This document shows, piece after piece, positions 14,813 through 25,521 of a stretch of 41,172 bases of DNA. Each line of letters starts with the position of its first letter. Position 1 is the stretch's first letter. Under the pieces are notes generated by a model. That model ran no database searches, had not been told where the DNA came from, and saw only the letters and a list, made by a program, of their open reading frames with translations. Location: positions 1 to 41,172 of IMG/VR virus record IMGVR_UViG_3300045988_010662. One strand, given 5' to 3'. The position numbers and the translations under genes were made by a program. This DNA comes from a virus.

Positions 14813-15099
14813 ATTACCAACCAACGATAAAGAAACTACTTAAAGCATTACAGATGAACGGCAGACGATATGTAGTTGATGTAAGGCAATCATGGAGCAA
14901 ATATGATAAGCCTTGTAAGGTATACATAGTCAGTCGAATGTACACGGAAGAGGAATACAAACTAACATTCCCTCATAAGTACAAAAAAGGTAAGACCTTT
15001 AAACAAGGACAACTCTATAAAAAAGAAAGTGAGTACAGTAGCACCAAGCAACATGAGGTGTTACTTTTTTTAGTTAGAACATATAAAGGTGGTGATTGA
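14767..15099 (+). CDS. Hypothetical protein
   Basis: 110-aa ORF; an alternative start is GTG 14809, overlapping the previous stop. Confidence 0.5.
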   Translation: MWCINLNRYCVVLDVNYQPTIKKLLKALQMNGRRYVVDVRQSWSKYDKPCKVYIVSRMYTEEEYKLTFPHKYKKGKTFKQGQLYKKESEYSSTKQHEVLLFLVRTYKGGD

Positions 15100-15102
15100 T
15101 AT

Positions 15103-15543
15103 ATGGCAGATGCTAACACCTTAACAGAAAAAGAACGAATATTTGCAGATGAGTATATCAAGACTACCAACGCAACACAGAGTGCTATTAAGGCTGGATA
15201 TGCAGAAAATAGTGCAAGTGTAACTGGAAGTAAGATGCTAAGAAAACCTAAGGTGCGCCAATATATAGATGCAGTCATGAACGAACGTAGTAAAAACACA
15301 ATCGCAACGGCTGATGAAGTGTTGGAATATCTGACTAGGGTTATGTGTGGCGAAGAAAAAGATGCATTTGGTTTAGATGTATCTGTAGCAGATAGAACGA
15401 AAGCAGCTGAACTCTTAGGTAAACGGCATATGCTATTTACCGATAAGGTCAAACTAGATGCAGAAATAGAGATTGATATATCCGATAGGATGAAACAAGC
15501 AAGGGTGAAATCAGATGAAGTACAACAAGGCACAACTGATTGA
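15103..15543 (+). CDS. terS: Terminase small subunit (Terminase_2-type)
   Basis: LTEKERIFADEYIKTTNATQSAIKAGYAENSASVTGSKMLRKPKVRQYI is the classic N-terminal HTH of this family. Confidence 0.85.
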   Translation: MADANTLTEKERIFADEYIKTTNATQSAIKAGYAENSASVTGSKMLRKPKVRQYIDAVMNERSKNTIATADEVLEYLTRVMCGEEKDAFGLDVSVADRTKAAELLGKRHMLFTDKVKLDAEIEIDISDRMKQARVKSDEVQQGTTD

Positions 15544-16978
15544 TGCGTTGGGTTCGTTCACTCATGATCCATTAGGCTTTGTATATTTCGCATTCCCTTG
15601 GGGTGAAAAGGGAACACCGCTTGAAAACTTTGATGGCCCTGATGAATGGCAAGTAAAGACTTTCAAGAAAATAGGCGAAGAGTTACGCAAAGGCAAATCA
15701 TTGGCCAAAGCAATACAAATAGCCGTGGCATCAGGGCATGGTATTGGTAAGTCCGCCTTTTCTTCGTTGTTGATATTATTTGCCATTGCTACACATGAAA
15801 ACACACGTGGAGTTGTAACCGCTAATACTGATACACAGCTAAAGTCTAAGACTTGGGCTGAGTTGAATAAGTGGTACAACCTATTCATAGGTAAAGAACT
15901 ATTCACCTATACTGCTACCGCATTGTTTAGTGCTGATAAGCAATATGAAAAAACATGGCGCATTGATGCTATTCCTTGGAGTGAAAGTAACCCTGAGGCA
16001 TTCGCTGGCTTGCACAATCAAGGTAACAGAATACTTATCATCTTTGATGAGGCATCCGCAATATCAGATAAGATATGGGAAGTAACAGAGGGTGCATTGA
16101 CAGATAAGGAAACCGAGATTATATGGTGCGTATTTGGTAACCCTACACGTAATAGCGGTAGGTTTAGGGAGTGTTTCAGAAAACATCGTAATTATTGGAC
16201 TACATATCAGATTGATAGTAGAACAGTTAAGATTTCAAACAAGGCTAAGTTGCAAGAATGGGTAGACATTCATGGTGAGGATAGCGACTTTGTAAAGGTT
16301 CGTGTAAGAGGGTTATTCCCTAGTGCATCTGATACACAGTTTATATCGGCTGAAATAGCAGACGAGGCACAGAAACGAGTATACAAAGTTGGACAGTTTA
16401 ACAACTTACCAACAATCATTGGTGTTGACCCTGCATGGACTGGCGGTGATACGTTAGAAATCGTAATGCGTAATGGCTACTCTATGAAGTGCCTAGCAAC
16501 TATTGAAAAGAATGATGATGATATGCGAATGGCTAACCTCATTGCCCAATTTGAAGATGAATATAAAGCTGATGCAGTATTTATCGACCAAGGCTACGGA
16601 ACTGGCATTTATAGTATCGGTAAATCAATGGGTAGGAAATGGCGGTTAGTTGCCTTTGGTGGTAAAGCACCTAATGATATGTATCTCAATATGCGTGCAT
16701 ATATGTGGGGCGAAATGAAAGACTGGCTAAAAGAGGGCGGTTCTATTCCGCCTAATGACCAAGGGTTATATGACGATTTAACGAGTCCAGAGGAACTCAT
16801 TGATAAGAATGGGCGAATACAACTTGAAAGTAAGAAAGACATGAAAGAACGAGGGTTACCGTCTCCGAATAAAGGCGATGCGTTAGCCTTGACCTTTGCA
16901 TTCAAGGTCAATAAAAAAGTGAATGTAGGGAGTAGGGTTCATGCTAATACTGAGTATGATCCATTTAAAAAAAGATAA
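15515..16978 (+). CDS. terL: Terminase large subunit
   Basis: Walker A-like SGHGIGKSA and Walker B ILIIFDEAS; 487 aa; overlaps terS. Confidence 0.9.
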   Translation: MKYNKAQLIDALGSFTHDPLGFVYFAFPWGEKGTPLENFDGPDEWQVKTFKKIGEELRKGKSLAKAIQIAVASGHGIGKSAFSSLLILFAIATHENTRGVVTANTDTQLKSKTWAELNKWYNLFIGKELFTYTATALFSADKQYEKTWRIDAIPWSESNPEAFAGLHNQGNRILIIFDEASAISDKIWEVTEGALTDKETEIIWCVFGNPTRNSGRFRECFRKHRNYWTTYQIDSRTVKISNKAKLQEWVDIHGEDSDFVKVRVRGLFPSASDTQFISAEIADEAQKRVYKVGQFNNLPTIIGVDPAWTGGDTLEIVMRNGYSMKCLATIEKNDDDMRMANLIAQFEDEYKADAVFIDQGYGTGIYSIGKSMGRKWRLVAFGGKAPNDMYLNMRAYMWGEMKDWLKEGGSIPPNDQGLYDDLTSPEELIDKNGRIQLESKKDMKERGLPSPNKGDALALTFAFKVNKKVNVGSRVHANTEYDPFKKR

Positions 16979-16992
16979 GGGGTGATTAGTAA

Positions 16993-17178
16993 ATGTGCAT
17001 GAAAAATAAGATGCCTAACACACCAATGCCAGCACCAGCACCAACTGTACAAACAGATGATGCTACAAAGGTTACCGGTGAAGAGTGGTTTTCTAAAAAG
17101 AAAAAGAACAAAAAAGGCTTTGATAGCACAATTCTTTCTACCGCACCAGCTGGCACTAAGAACACATTAGGGGGTTAA
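16993..17178 (+). CDS. Small Pro/Lys-rich protein
   Basis: 61-aa ORF between terL and the portal gene; no motif recognised. Confidence 0.4.
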   Translation: MCMKNKMPNTPMPAPAPTVQTDDATKVTGEEWFSKKKKNKKGFDSTILSTAPAGTKNTLGG

Positions 17179-17180
17179 AG

Positions 17181-18902
17181 ATGCAAGGTACTATATTATC
17201 AACACTTGCTAGACAACCAACTAACACAGAGCCTAAAAAACGTGATTACACGAAAATTAAGGCGAAGTTTAAAGCGATGTTTGATAATCGTCAAAAGTAC
17301 ATATCAAGATGGAAAGACATTCGAGATTATCAATTGCCTTTCCTTGGTGTATTTGATGATGAACAAGACCAATCGAAAGTTTACACCGATAAGATTAATA
17401 ATGGTGTAGCATGGGAAAGTTGCCAAATCTTTGCTAGTGGCGTTATGAGTGGTATGACACCACCTAGCCGAAAATGGTTTAAACTCACGTTAGAGAATGC
17501 TGAATTGGCTGCTAATAGTAAGGTAGCGGAAGTATTAGATGATAGAGAACAGATACTATACGCAGTATTTGCTAAGTCTAATTTCTATAACACCGTACAC
17601 CAAACATATATGGAGTTGCCATTTGGCCAAGCACCCATGTCAATCATGCCTGATGCAAAAGTAGGTGTGAGGTTCACATCTTATCCTATCGGCACGTATG
17701 CGTTAGAATGCGGAAGTAATGGTGATGTAAATACATTTGGTCGTAAGTATCGAATGACGTCTGACCAATTAGTGGAAGAGTTTGGTTATGATGCTTGCCC
17801 TGATAAAGTTAAACGTGCTTATGATGAGGGCAAGGGTAATGCAAGTACATTTATTGTTTGTTGGTTTGTATTACCTAACAAAGACCGCAACGGAAAACTA
17901 GGTAATAAAAATATGCCTTATTCCTCTATCTATTGGTGTGAGGATAGCAACACAGATGAAATCTTGCGACATAGTGGTTTTAAAGAGTGGGCGATACCGA
18001 TTGCAAGACACACTACACATGATCTAAGCGGTTATGGTAAAGGGTGTGCATGGTTCGCACAATCAGATGCACAGATGTTACAACTACTTGAAAAAGATTT
18101 AGTAACGGCTATTGAATTAGGTATTAAACCACCTATGAGTGCTACATCTGATGTGATTGGTAGTGTAAATCTATTTCCGGGCGGTGTAACGGAAGTTGAT
18201 ACTGGCGGTAAGGTTGAACCGATATTCAATGTAGGTATTGATGTTGCTAACGTACAAGCGAAGATACAGTTTGTATCTGAAAGCATTAAGCGTGCTTATA
18301 GTGCTGACTTATTCTTAATGCTTGATAACATCGATAGCGGACAAATGACCGCACGTGAGGTTATGGAACGCACACAAGAAAAGATGCAACAGTTAGGCCC
18401 TGTGGTTGAACGATTACAAAGTGAGTTTTTAAACCCAATCATTGAACGTACTTACGGCATCCTAGATAGGGCTGGAATATTTCCGCCAATCGATGAACAG
18501 ACTGCTGAAATGCTAAATGGAATGGATGTAAAGATTGAATACATCTCACCACTAGCACAAGCACAGAAAATGTCATCTTTGGTAAATATCGAACAGTACT
18601 ATGCTTTCATAATGTCATTAGCACAGGGCAATGCAAACATCGTTCAGAAATTCAACTTTGAAGAGGCAGCTGACATATATGGTGTAAATCTTGGTGTACC
18701 AGCTAGGGTTATTCGTTCTAATGATGAGTACCAAAAAATCATGGAACAACAACAACAAGCACAACAAGAGCAAGAGGAACAAGCACAAGCAATGCAAATT
18801 GCACAACTAGCACCTCAAATGGCTGGTGCTGCTAAACAAGCAACAGATGCAGCCAATGACGGCAATCCAGTAATGCAACAGTTAATGGGTATGGGGGTGT
18901 AG
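17181..18902 (+). CDS. Portal (head-to-tail connector, T7 gp8-like)
   Basis: 573 aa directly after terL. The N-terminal pattern (RQKYISRWKDIRDYQLPF ... SRKWFKL) is like podovirus connectors, and the C-terminal tail is Gln-rich. Confidence 0.8.
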   Translation: MQGTILSTLARQPTNTEPKKRDYTKIKAKFKAMFDNRQKYISRWKDIRDYQLPFLGVFDDEQDQSKVYTDKINNGVAWESCQIFASGVMSGMTPPSRKWFKLTLENAELAANSKVAEVLDDREQILYAVFAKSNFYNTVHQTYMELPFGQAPMSIMPDAKVGVRFTSYPIGTYALECGSNGDVNTFGRKYRMTSDQLVEEFGYDACPDKVKRAYDEGKGNASTFIVCWFVLPNKDRNGKLGNKNMPYSSIYWCEDSNTDEILRHSGFKEWAIPIARHTTHDLSGYGKGCAWFAQSDAQMLQLLEKDLVTAIELGIKPPMSATSDVIGSVNLFPGGVTEVDTGGKVEPIFNVGIDVANVQAKIQFVSESIKRAYSADLFLMLDNIDSGQMTAREVMERTQEKMQQLGPVVERLQSEFLNPIIERTYGILDRAGIFPPIDEQTAEMLNGMDVKIEYISPLAQAQKMSSLVNIEQYYAFIMSLAQGNANIVQKFNFEEAADIYGVNLGVPARVIRSNDEYQKIMEQQQQAQQEQEEQAQAMQIAQLAPQMAGAAKQATDAANDGNPVMQQLMGMGV

Positions 18903-19208
18903 ATGAAAACTAAACAAGATTATATTCGTGATCGTGATATTGATGCACTTAACCACGTACTTAGTACAGAACTAGGTAGGTGGTTTTTTTGTAGGCTTTT
19001 AGACAATACGGACATTCTAAAGCGTTCGTTTACTGGCAATTCAGAAACCTTTTTCAATGAGGGGAAAAGAAGTGTGGGTCTAAAGTATATGCAAATGCTT
19101 GGTGCTATCGGTGATGGTGTTGAGGGTGTACTTAAATACCACCAAGCACAACTAGAATATATCAATCAACAAAAACTATTTAAAAATTTAGAGGAAAAAG
19201 GTGAATGA
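18903..19208 (+). CDS. Small head-assembly-region protein (Bbp19-like position)
   Basis: 101-aa ORF between the portal and scaffold genes. Assignment is by position only. Confidence 0.4.
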   Translation: MKTKQDYIRDRDIDALNHVLSTELGRWFFCRLLDNTDILKRSFTGNSETFFNEGKRSVGLKYMQMLGAIGDGVEGVLKYHQAQLEYINQQKLFKNLEEKGE

Positions 19209-19843
19209 CTATGGCAGAAGATTTAACGCAAGGCACGAATGATAACACAACGAGTGTAGATAGTAGTACACCTACTACGGATGCTAACACGAATACCCAA
19301 GACACAATCTTAGGCGGTGGTGGTGCTGACACAAGCGGCAACCAAGAACCACCAAAAGAACCTACTGTATATGACTTTACACAAGCCTTTGATAGTGGCG
19401 AAGTAGACCAAACAATAGCAGATGATTTCTCTAAGTTGCTTAATAGCGTAGGTGCTACGCAAGAGCAAGCGGTAGAGATGGCTAAGTTTGGTAATAAGTA
19501 CGCTACTGACCTTGTAACTGCTTATGAAGAGAAAAGACAAGATGCTTTGATTGAACAGTATAAAGGTTACGCAGAACACACCAAAGAGGTATTAGGCAAT
19601 AAATATGATGAAACAGTTGGTAAAGCTGCAACTGGTGTTGAAGTTGTGGAAAAGGCAATTCCTAATATTCGTGAGTTACTAGCAGAAAATGGCTTAGGTA
19701 ATCGTGTAGAAATTATCCAACTATTCGCACAGATTGCTGGTATGGCTGGTGAAGATAATAACGCTGGTGGCGGTCAACCAACTGGCGGTACACAGTCAGA
19801 AGATGCAATCAGAAGAAACTTATATCCGAGTATGTTCAAATAA
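19205..19843 (+). CDS. Scaffolding protein
   Basis: 212 aa, acidic, with a low-complexity N-terminus; immediately upstream of the capsid gene. Confidence 0.6.
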   Translation: MTMAEDLTQGTNDNTTSVDSSTPTTDANTNTQDTILGGGGADTSGNQEPPKEPTVYDFTQAFDSGEVDQTIADDFSKLLNSVGATQEQAVEMAKFGNKYATDLVTAYEEKRQDALIEQYKGYAEHTKEVLGNKYDETVGKAATGVEVVEKAIPNIRELLAENGLGNRVEIIQLFAQIAGMAGEDNNAGGGQPTGGTQSEDAIRRNLYPSMFK

Positions 19844-19859
19844 AAGGAGAAAATAATTT

Positions 19860-20855
19860 ATGGCTACAATCGGAACACAAAACCCTACTTTAATTGATTT
19901 GCAAAAGCGTATGGATCCTAACGGAAAAATCGCACAAATCATTGAACAATTAAACCAATCTAACGAAATCATTCAAGATATGACAATGATTGAATGTAAC
20001 GATGGTACATCTAATAAAACAACAGTACGTACTGGTTTACCTGATGCTACATGGCGGATGCTTTATGGCGGTGTACAACCATCTAAATCTACTACAAAAC
20101 AAATTACCGATACTTGCGGTATGCTAGAGGCTTACTCCGAAGTAGATGCTAAGTTGGTTAAATTGTCTAATGACCCTGTAGCGTTCCGTGCTACAGAAGA
20201 TGCTGCATTCGTTGAGGCTATGGGTCAAGAAATCGCACGTACACTTTTCTATGGTGATGAAAGCACTCCTGAAAAGTTTGTTGGCTTATCCGCACGTTTT
20301 AATACATTAGACCCTAAGAAAGCTGATAGCGCTAAAAACATTATCGATGCTGGCGGTACTGCAAACCTTGCATCTATGTGGCTTGTAGGTTGGGGTCCTC
20401 TTACTGTACATGGTATTTATCCACGTGGTACAGAGGCTGGCTTGCAACAAGAAGATAAAGGTAAAACTACAATCACTAAACCTGATGGTTCTTTGTTTGA
20501 GGCATATCGTACTCACTTTGAACAAAACATTGGCTTGTGTGTGCGTGATTGGCGCTATGTAGTACGTATCGCTAATATCGATATGAAATCTATTAAAGAA
20601 GATATTTCCGCAGGTCCTAACTTGATTAACTTGATGATCCGTGCAGAAGAAAAAATGCAATCTCTCACAGGCTGCCGTCCTGTATGGTACATGAACCAAG
20701 AATTGCGTACATTCTTACGCTTGCAAAAGAACAAAGTACATGGTTCTACAATCACAGAAGATATGGAAATGGGAAAAATGGTTACACGTGCTAATGGCAT
20801 TCCTGTTCGTAAAATCGATGCATTACTTTCCACAGAAGCACGAGTTACTGCTTAA
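19860..20855 (+). CDS. Major capsid protein
   Basis: 331 aa, strong RBS (AAAGGAGA), sits after the scaffold gene. The operon segment ends with a strong terminator. Confidence 0.8.
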   Translation: MATIGTQNPTLIDLQKRMDPNGKIAQIIEQLNQSNEIIQDMTMIECNDGTSNKTTVRTGLPDATWRMLYGGVQPSKSTTKQITDTCGMLEAYSEVDAKLVKLSNDPVAFRATEDAAFVEAMGQEIARTLFYGDESTPEKFVGLSARFNTLDPKKADSAKNIIDAGGTANLASMWLVGWGPLTVHGIYPRGTEAGLQQEDKGKTTITKPDGSLFEAYRTHFEQNIGLCVRDWRYVVRIANIDMKSIKEDISAGPNLINLMIRAEEKMQSLTGCRPVWYMNQELRTFLRLQKNKVHGSTITEDMEMGKMVTRANGIPVRKIDALLSTEARVTA

Positions 20856-20876
20856 TTAATAGGGGGATAAATATAT

Positions 20877-21233
20877 ATGATTATTGATACTCAAAATACA
20901 TTCTTTTTCAAAAAAGACATTACAACAAACACTAACTCCGATGTAGTGATGAATGGTAATGGTGGCGATGCAGACCCTAACTTATTCCTTGTAATTCGCA
21001 TCGATAAAACAGTAACAGGCACACCTTTATTTAATGTGTATACATCTGATACTGAAAACATGGCTAATGCGGTATTATTACATGGCATTACTATGGCTGC
21101 TAATGCTCCAGCTGGTACAGAATACAAAGTGCGTTTGGCCAATGGTGCTAAGAAATATATCAAAGTAAACGCAAATAACATGACTGGCGGTCAAATCTCC
21201 GCATTCTTAACAAGTGGCATTAACATTAAATAA
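20877..21233 (+). CDS. Capsid decoration / cement-like protein
   Basis: 118-aa beta-rich ORF right after the capsid gene. Assignment is by position (BPP-1 Bbp16 analogy). Confidence 0.35.
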   Translation: MIIDTQNTFFFKKDITTNTNSDVVMNGNGGDADPNLFLVIRIDKTVTGTPLFNVYTSDTENMANAVLLHGITMAANAPAGTEYKVRLANGAKKYIKVNANNMTGGQISAFLTSGINIK

Positions 21234-21243
21234 GGTGGATAAT

Positions 21244-21474
21244 ATGGAATACGTTGCAAAAGTAACCCTTTATCACAATACAAAGGGTTTAATTGAAGAG
21301 GGAACAACGGTTGAATTTACAAAAGAAGAAGTAGCCGAATATGATAAAGACTACTTCAAAGATTTGTTTGAAACTGTTGGTGCAGAAGAAGTCGCAGAAG
21401 TAGAACCTACGGAAGAAACTGTAGAAGCTACACCAAAGAAACGTGGTAAAAAAGCGGAAGAAGCTGCTGAATAA
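21244..21474 (+). CDS. Small acidic/Lys-rich virion-region protein
   Basis: 76 aa from ATG 21244 (AAGGTGG RBS); Glu/Lys-rich C-terminus. Confidence 0.45.
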   Translation: MEYVAKVTLYHNTKGLIEEGTTVEFTKEEVAEYDKDYFKDLFETVGAEEVAEVEPTEETVEATPKKRGKKAEEAAE

Positions 21475-21480
21475 TTGAAC

Positions 21481-21508
21481 GAGGGGGTATTTTGCCCCCT
21501 CTTTTTTT
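21481..21508 (+). terminator. Rho-independent terminator after the capsid block
   Basis: gaggggg-tattttg-ccccctc followed by ttttttt. Confidence 0.85.
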
Positions 21509-21525
21509 ATAGAAAGGTGGAACAA

Positions 21526-22119
21526 ATGACACCTACTGACATCTGTAATCAAGCATTATCTCTTATCAATGCAGGTCGCATTCGTTCTATTACAGAGGAA
21601 AACGAACCTGCTAGACAATGTAGATTGCATTATGATCTAACACGAAAAGTATTGTTAGAACAATATGAATGGAACTTTGCACGTAAACGTGAACGTGCGG
21701 TACTATCCGAGCATAAAATAAATGGTTGGGGTTATGTGTATGCTTACCCTGAAAAGTGCGTTCGTATCTTAGCGGTGTTACCACAAGGGGAACGATACCG
21801 AGCAGAACAACAACGTGAATATGATGTGTATTTGACTGACAATAACACGAAATACATTGTTAGTGATGTACCATTGATGCATATAGATTATGTGTACGAT
21901 GTAACCGATGTAGATATAATGAACCCTATATTCGTTAAAGCCTTAGTGTGTAAGATGGCATCTGATTTAGCTATGCCACTAACTGGTAATAGTGGAGTGT
22001 TTGACCAAGCATACAAGTTGTATCAAGCAGCTATCCAAGAGGCAAAATTTATGAGCGCTAAAGAACGCAGATTGAATATGCCTTATGTGTCTAATTATCT
22101 GAAAGCAAGGAGTTGGTGA
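21526..22119 (+). CDS. Tail tubular protein A / adaptor (gp11-like)
   Basis: 197 aa (T7 gp11 is 196 aa from memory); precedes a gp12-sized ORF; AAAGGTGG RBS before ATG 21526. Confidence 0.5.
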   Translation: MTPTDICNQALSLINAGRIRSITEENEPARQCRLHYDLTRKVLLEQYEWNFARKRERAVLSEHKINGWGYVYAYPEKCVRILAVLPQGERYRAEQQREYDVYLTDNNTKYIVSDVPLMHIDYVYDVTDVDIMNPIFVKALVCKMASDLAMPLTGNSGVFDQAYKLYQAAIQEAKFMSAKERRLNMPYVSNYLKARSW

Positions 22120-22120
22120 T

Positions 22121-24436
22121 ATGCAGCCGATGTATATAGGACAAGTCGCATTTACTACAGGCGAGGTATCGCCAGATGTATCTAGTAGATTTGACCTTGA
22201 ACAATATAAAAGTGCATTGCTACTTGCTGAAAATGCAGTCATTAGACCTTATGGAGCGGTAGCACGTAGGCAAGGTTCACAGTTTATCGGATATGCTAAA
22301 TATAATGATAAGTCCGTTAGATTGTTTGAGTTTACCACTAACCGCAACAAATCATTCATGCTAGAGTTTGGACACCTATATATAAGGGTGTGGCGGAATG
22401 GCGAATATACCAATTTAGAAATTAATACACCATTTGAGGATGAAATCATCAATGATTTAAATATTATTCAAAGTGGCGATGTAATGTTCATCTGTAGCGG
22501 TAAATATCCTATCCATACACTATCTAGGTATAGTGATACAGACTGGAAATTAGATGTATACAAATTATCCGAGCAACCATACGAGGATATCAACACCGAT
22601 AATTCTCATACCTTAGTTGTTAATGGTGATACTGTTAAATCCACAAAAGACCTATTCACACAAGATATGGTTGGTAGTGTAGTACAAATTGCGTACTATA
22701 TTGAGGCGGTACATACACAAGTAAGTGGTAATGTTGTTGAAAAAAAAATAATACGTGGTTTTACAGGAACTTTTATTGAAAAGACATACAACAACATCAA
22801 TTATAATGTTGATAGCTATAGTACCGACACAGAACTATCTTGGAAGTTTACCACTCATGGCACATGGGAGGGTACAGTAAAAATACAGATTTCTAACAAC
22901 GATGGTCAAACGTGGAAAGACTACAGAACGTATACTTCTAAATCTGACTACAATGTTACAGATAGCGGTAAGATAGAGGCTGGAGCAAGGTTAAAATATA
23001 TCTCCGATATCCAAAAAGGTTCTGTGAATTGTGATCTATCCATTCTACCGTTCATGCAATACGGCGTAGTTGAGATTGTAAGCGTTGAAAATAGTAAGAC
23101 CGCAAAGGTTAATATCTTGAATGGTATTAAAGAGGGCGAGCCAAGTCATCAATGGAAGTTAGGGAGTTGGAATAAAGGTAAAGGTTATCCTAAATTATGT
23201 ACATTCTATCAAGATAGGTTCATTGTAGCTGCTACTGATAGTAAACCTAATTTTATTTGGTTTAGCCGTACTGGTGATTATCCGAACTTTGGTGTTGAAA
23301 AAGTAGGTGGTACTATCACAGATGATAGTGCAATCACATTGCCTGTTATCAATCGTAAGATGCACGAAATCAGACACCTTGTACCAGCTAATGACTTAAT
23401 CGTTCTAACTAGCGGTAATGAGTGGATAGTTGATGGGAGCAAGACTATTACACCTACTAACTGTTATTTGAAGACACAAACACAACGTGGTGCGCTAAAG
23501 TGTGAACCACATTTTATCGGTAACCGATGTGTATTCGTTCAAGAGCGTGGCGGTACTGTTCGTGATATGGGTTACTCTTACGATAGCGACAACTACACAG
23601 GGCAAGACCTTACATTGTTTGTTAAGAATTTGGTTAAAGGTCATACCACCATAACAAGTGCTTATGCACAAGACCCAGACTCAATCATTTACTATGTACG
23701 AGATGATGGACAGTTGAATTGCTTAACCTACATACCTGAACAAAAGGTATATGGATGGTCGCATTTCTTAACCAAAGGTAAATACAAATATGTAGAGAGT
23801 GTAGCTGAGGGCGAACAAGACACTATCTACTTTGTTATAGAACGCACTATTAATGGTGTAATCACTCAAGGCATCGAATGTAGTAAACCTTTATATGCCG
23901 ATGATGGTTCAGATGTATTCGTTGATTGTTTCATCAAGAAAACATTCAAAGAGAAAACAGACATAATCGAAGTACCTCATCTGATTGGTGAAAGTGTAGA
24001 TATAGTAACAGGAACAAAACAGATGCCATCTGTTGTAGTACCTGAAAGCGGAATTATCAAACTAACCGATAAGGTAAATGATATTACTGTAGGGTTACGA
24101 TTTGTAACACGCATTAAGCTACCTAGTATTGAGCAACAAATAAATGATGGAACATTACAATGTAGAATTGCTACTGTAACACGTTTAGCGTTGAGATTAT
24201 ATAAATCGTTTGGCGGTAAAGTTGGTAGAACCTTTGATGAAATGGATAGTCTAACTTTGAAATACAATGAATTATATACTGGTGATGTTGCAATCGTGCT
24301 ACCTAAAATTGCAAATACGATGAGTACAGATACATCAATTTGTATATTACACGATAAACCGTTCCCATTTAACTTGTTAGCGGTTACTAGAACCCTAGAA
24401 ATAGGCGGTGGTTTGGCAAATGTTCATGGAATGTAA
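22121..24436 (+). CDS. Tail tubular protein B / nozzle (gp12-like)
   Basis: 771 aa (T7 gp12 is 794 aa from memory). Assignment is by synteny. Confidence 0.5.
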   Translation: MQPMYIGQVAFTTGEVSPDVSSRFDLEQYKSALLLAENAVIRPYGAVARRQGSQFIGYAKYNDKSVRLFEFTTNRNKSFMLEFGHLYIRVWRNGEYTNLEINTPFEDEIINDLNIIQSGDVMFICSGKYPIHTLSRYSDTDWKLDVYKLSEQPYEDINTDNSHTLVVNGDTVKSTKDLFTQDMVGSVVQIAYYIEAVHTQVSGNVVEKKIIRGFTGTFIEKTYNNINYNVDSYSTDTELSWKFTTHGTWEGTVKIQISNNDGQTWKDYRTYTSKSDYNVTDSGKIEAGARLKYISDIQKGSVNCDLSILPFMQYGVVEIVSVENSKTAKVNILNGIKEGEPSHQWKLGSWNKGKGYPKLCTFYQDRFIVAATDSKPNFIWFSRTGDYPNFGVEKVGGTITDDSAITLPVINRKMHEIRHLVPANDLIVLTSGNEWIVDGSKTITPTNCYLKTQTQRGALKCEPHFIGNRCVFVQERGGTVRDMGYSYDSDNYTGQDLTLFVKNLVKGHTTITSAYAQDPDSIIYYVRDDGQLNCLTYIPEQKVYGWSHFLTKGKYKYVESVAEGEQDTIYFVIERTINGVITQGIECSKPLYADDGSDVFVDCFIKKTFKEKTDIIEVPHLIGESVDIVTGTKQMPSVVVPESGIIKLTDKVNDITVGLRFVTRIKLPSIEQQINDGTLQCRIATVTRLALRLYKSFGGKVGRTFDEMDSLTLKYNELYTGDVAIVLPKIANTMSTDTSICILHDKPFPFNLLAVTRTLEIGGGLANVHGM

Positions 24437-24908
24437 AATTAGCCGTTCTAAGCACGTTTCTTTAATTCGTGAGTTATATATCAACTTACGTTCGATAGAT
24501 GCCTTAGAGGTTAAATATATCAATCGGAAAAATTCAAACTATAATGAAAATGACTTTGTGAACGATATTCTTGGGGAAGATTATCAAAGTCGAATTGTTA
24601 CTGATAATGACAAGCCATTATGTGTGTATGGGGTATCAAAAATTGCACTTAATGGTATGCATTGTATTTATTTCTTGGGGAGCAAGGAATTTGAACGTAG
24701 TTTAACACTACAAAAACAATTCTTAAAAGTTAGTAGAAATATCATTGGGGAATGGTTAAAAACTAGGGAAGTACTTTTTAATTACATACATAAAGAAAAT
24801 CACCGCACCATTAGATGGCTAAAGTCTTTAGGTGCGGTTATTCATTACGATATTAACGATGGGGATATGGTATTATTCACATTGAGAAAGGGGGATGCGA
24901 ATGTGTAA
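24426..24908 (+). CDS. Internal virion protein A-like (gp13 slot)
   Basis: About 160 aa. Assignment by synteny. The start is ambiguous (24408, 24420 or 24426). Confidence 0.4.
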   Translation: MECKISRSKHVSLIRELYINLRSIDALEVKYINRKNSNYNENDFVNDILGEDYQSRIVTDNDKPLCVYGVSKIALNGMHCIYFLGSKEFERSLTLQKQFLKVSRNIIGEWLKTREVLFNYIHKENHRTIRWLKSLGAVIHYDINDGDMVLFTLRKGDANV

Positions 24909-25521
24909 CCCTATTGCATTAATGGCAGGTCAAATGGTTGCTCAATTATGGGGGCAACACCAACAAGGTAAGGCACAAGCTGCCATGTACAATCAACAAG
25001 CAAGGGTAGCAGAGGCTAACGCACGTATTAGTGATCGCAAGCAAGAACAGATTGCAGACCAAGCCTTGCAAGAGCGAGATAAAATGTCCGATAAGATGCG
25101 ACTTATCCAAGGGCAGAACGTAGCAGAAACTGGTGCAGGCGGTTTGGCTATGAGTGGTACACCATTACAACTTATGGCATCTAGCTATGACGAGTACAAC
25201 AAGGATATTCAAAACTGGGAAACTAACAAAAATAACAGTATCTACAATGAATATCTTAATGGTATGAACTACCGCAACGAGGCAAGCACCGCACGAGCAG
25301 CGGCAAGTAATGCTAAGAAACAAACTAGAATGGCTATGCTAGGCACGATATTAAGTGGTGCATCTAGTATCTATGGACTTAAAAGTCAATATGCTAGTAA
25401 TAGTGTAGGTAGTGGTAATAACTACTACACACCAGCTAGTGATGCACTAGAGGCTGCTGGTATGCCTAAAATGAAATTCGTAACTAAAGGTACTATCAGA
25501 AATAATAGGTGGGGTATCTAA
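24901..25521 (+). CDS. Internal virion/core protein (gp14 slot)
   Basis: 206 aa, Gln/Ala/Asn-rich with a hydrophobic C-terminal segment. AAGGGGG RBS 8 nt before ATG 24901. Confidence 0.45.
   Translation: MCNPIALMAGQMVAQLWGQHQQGKAQAAMYNQQARVAEANARISDRKQEQIADQALQERDKMSDKMRLIQGQNVAETGAGGLAMSGTPLQLMASSYDEYNKDIQNWETNKNNSIYNEYLNGMNYRNEASTARAAASNAKKQTRMAMLGTILSGASSIYGLKSQYASNSVGSGNNYYTPASDALEAAGMPKMKFVTKGTIRNNRWGI

Noticed and set aside
15015-15533. 172-aa minus-strand ORF
   Set aside because: It is antisense to the clearly identifiable terS gene, and its Ser/Leu-rich low-complexity translation is typical of shadow frames.
22741-22748. A8 homopolymer inside the gp12-like gene as a possible frameshift site
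   Set aside because: The reading frame is continuous across it (GNVVEKKIIRG), and no alternative-frame ORF continues downstream.
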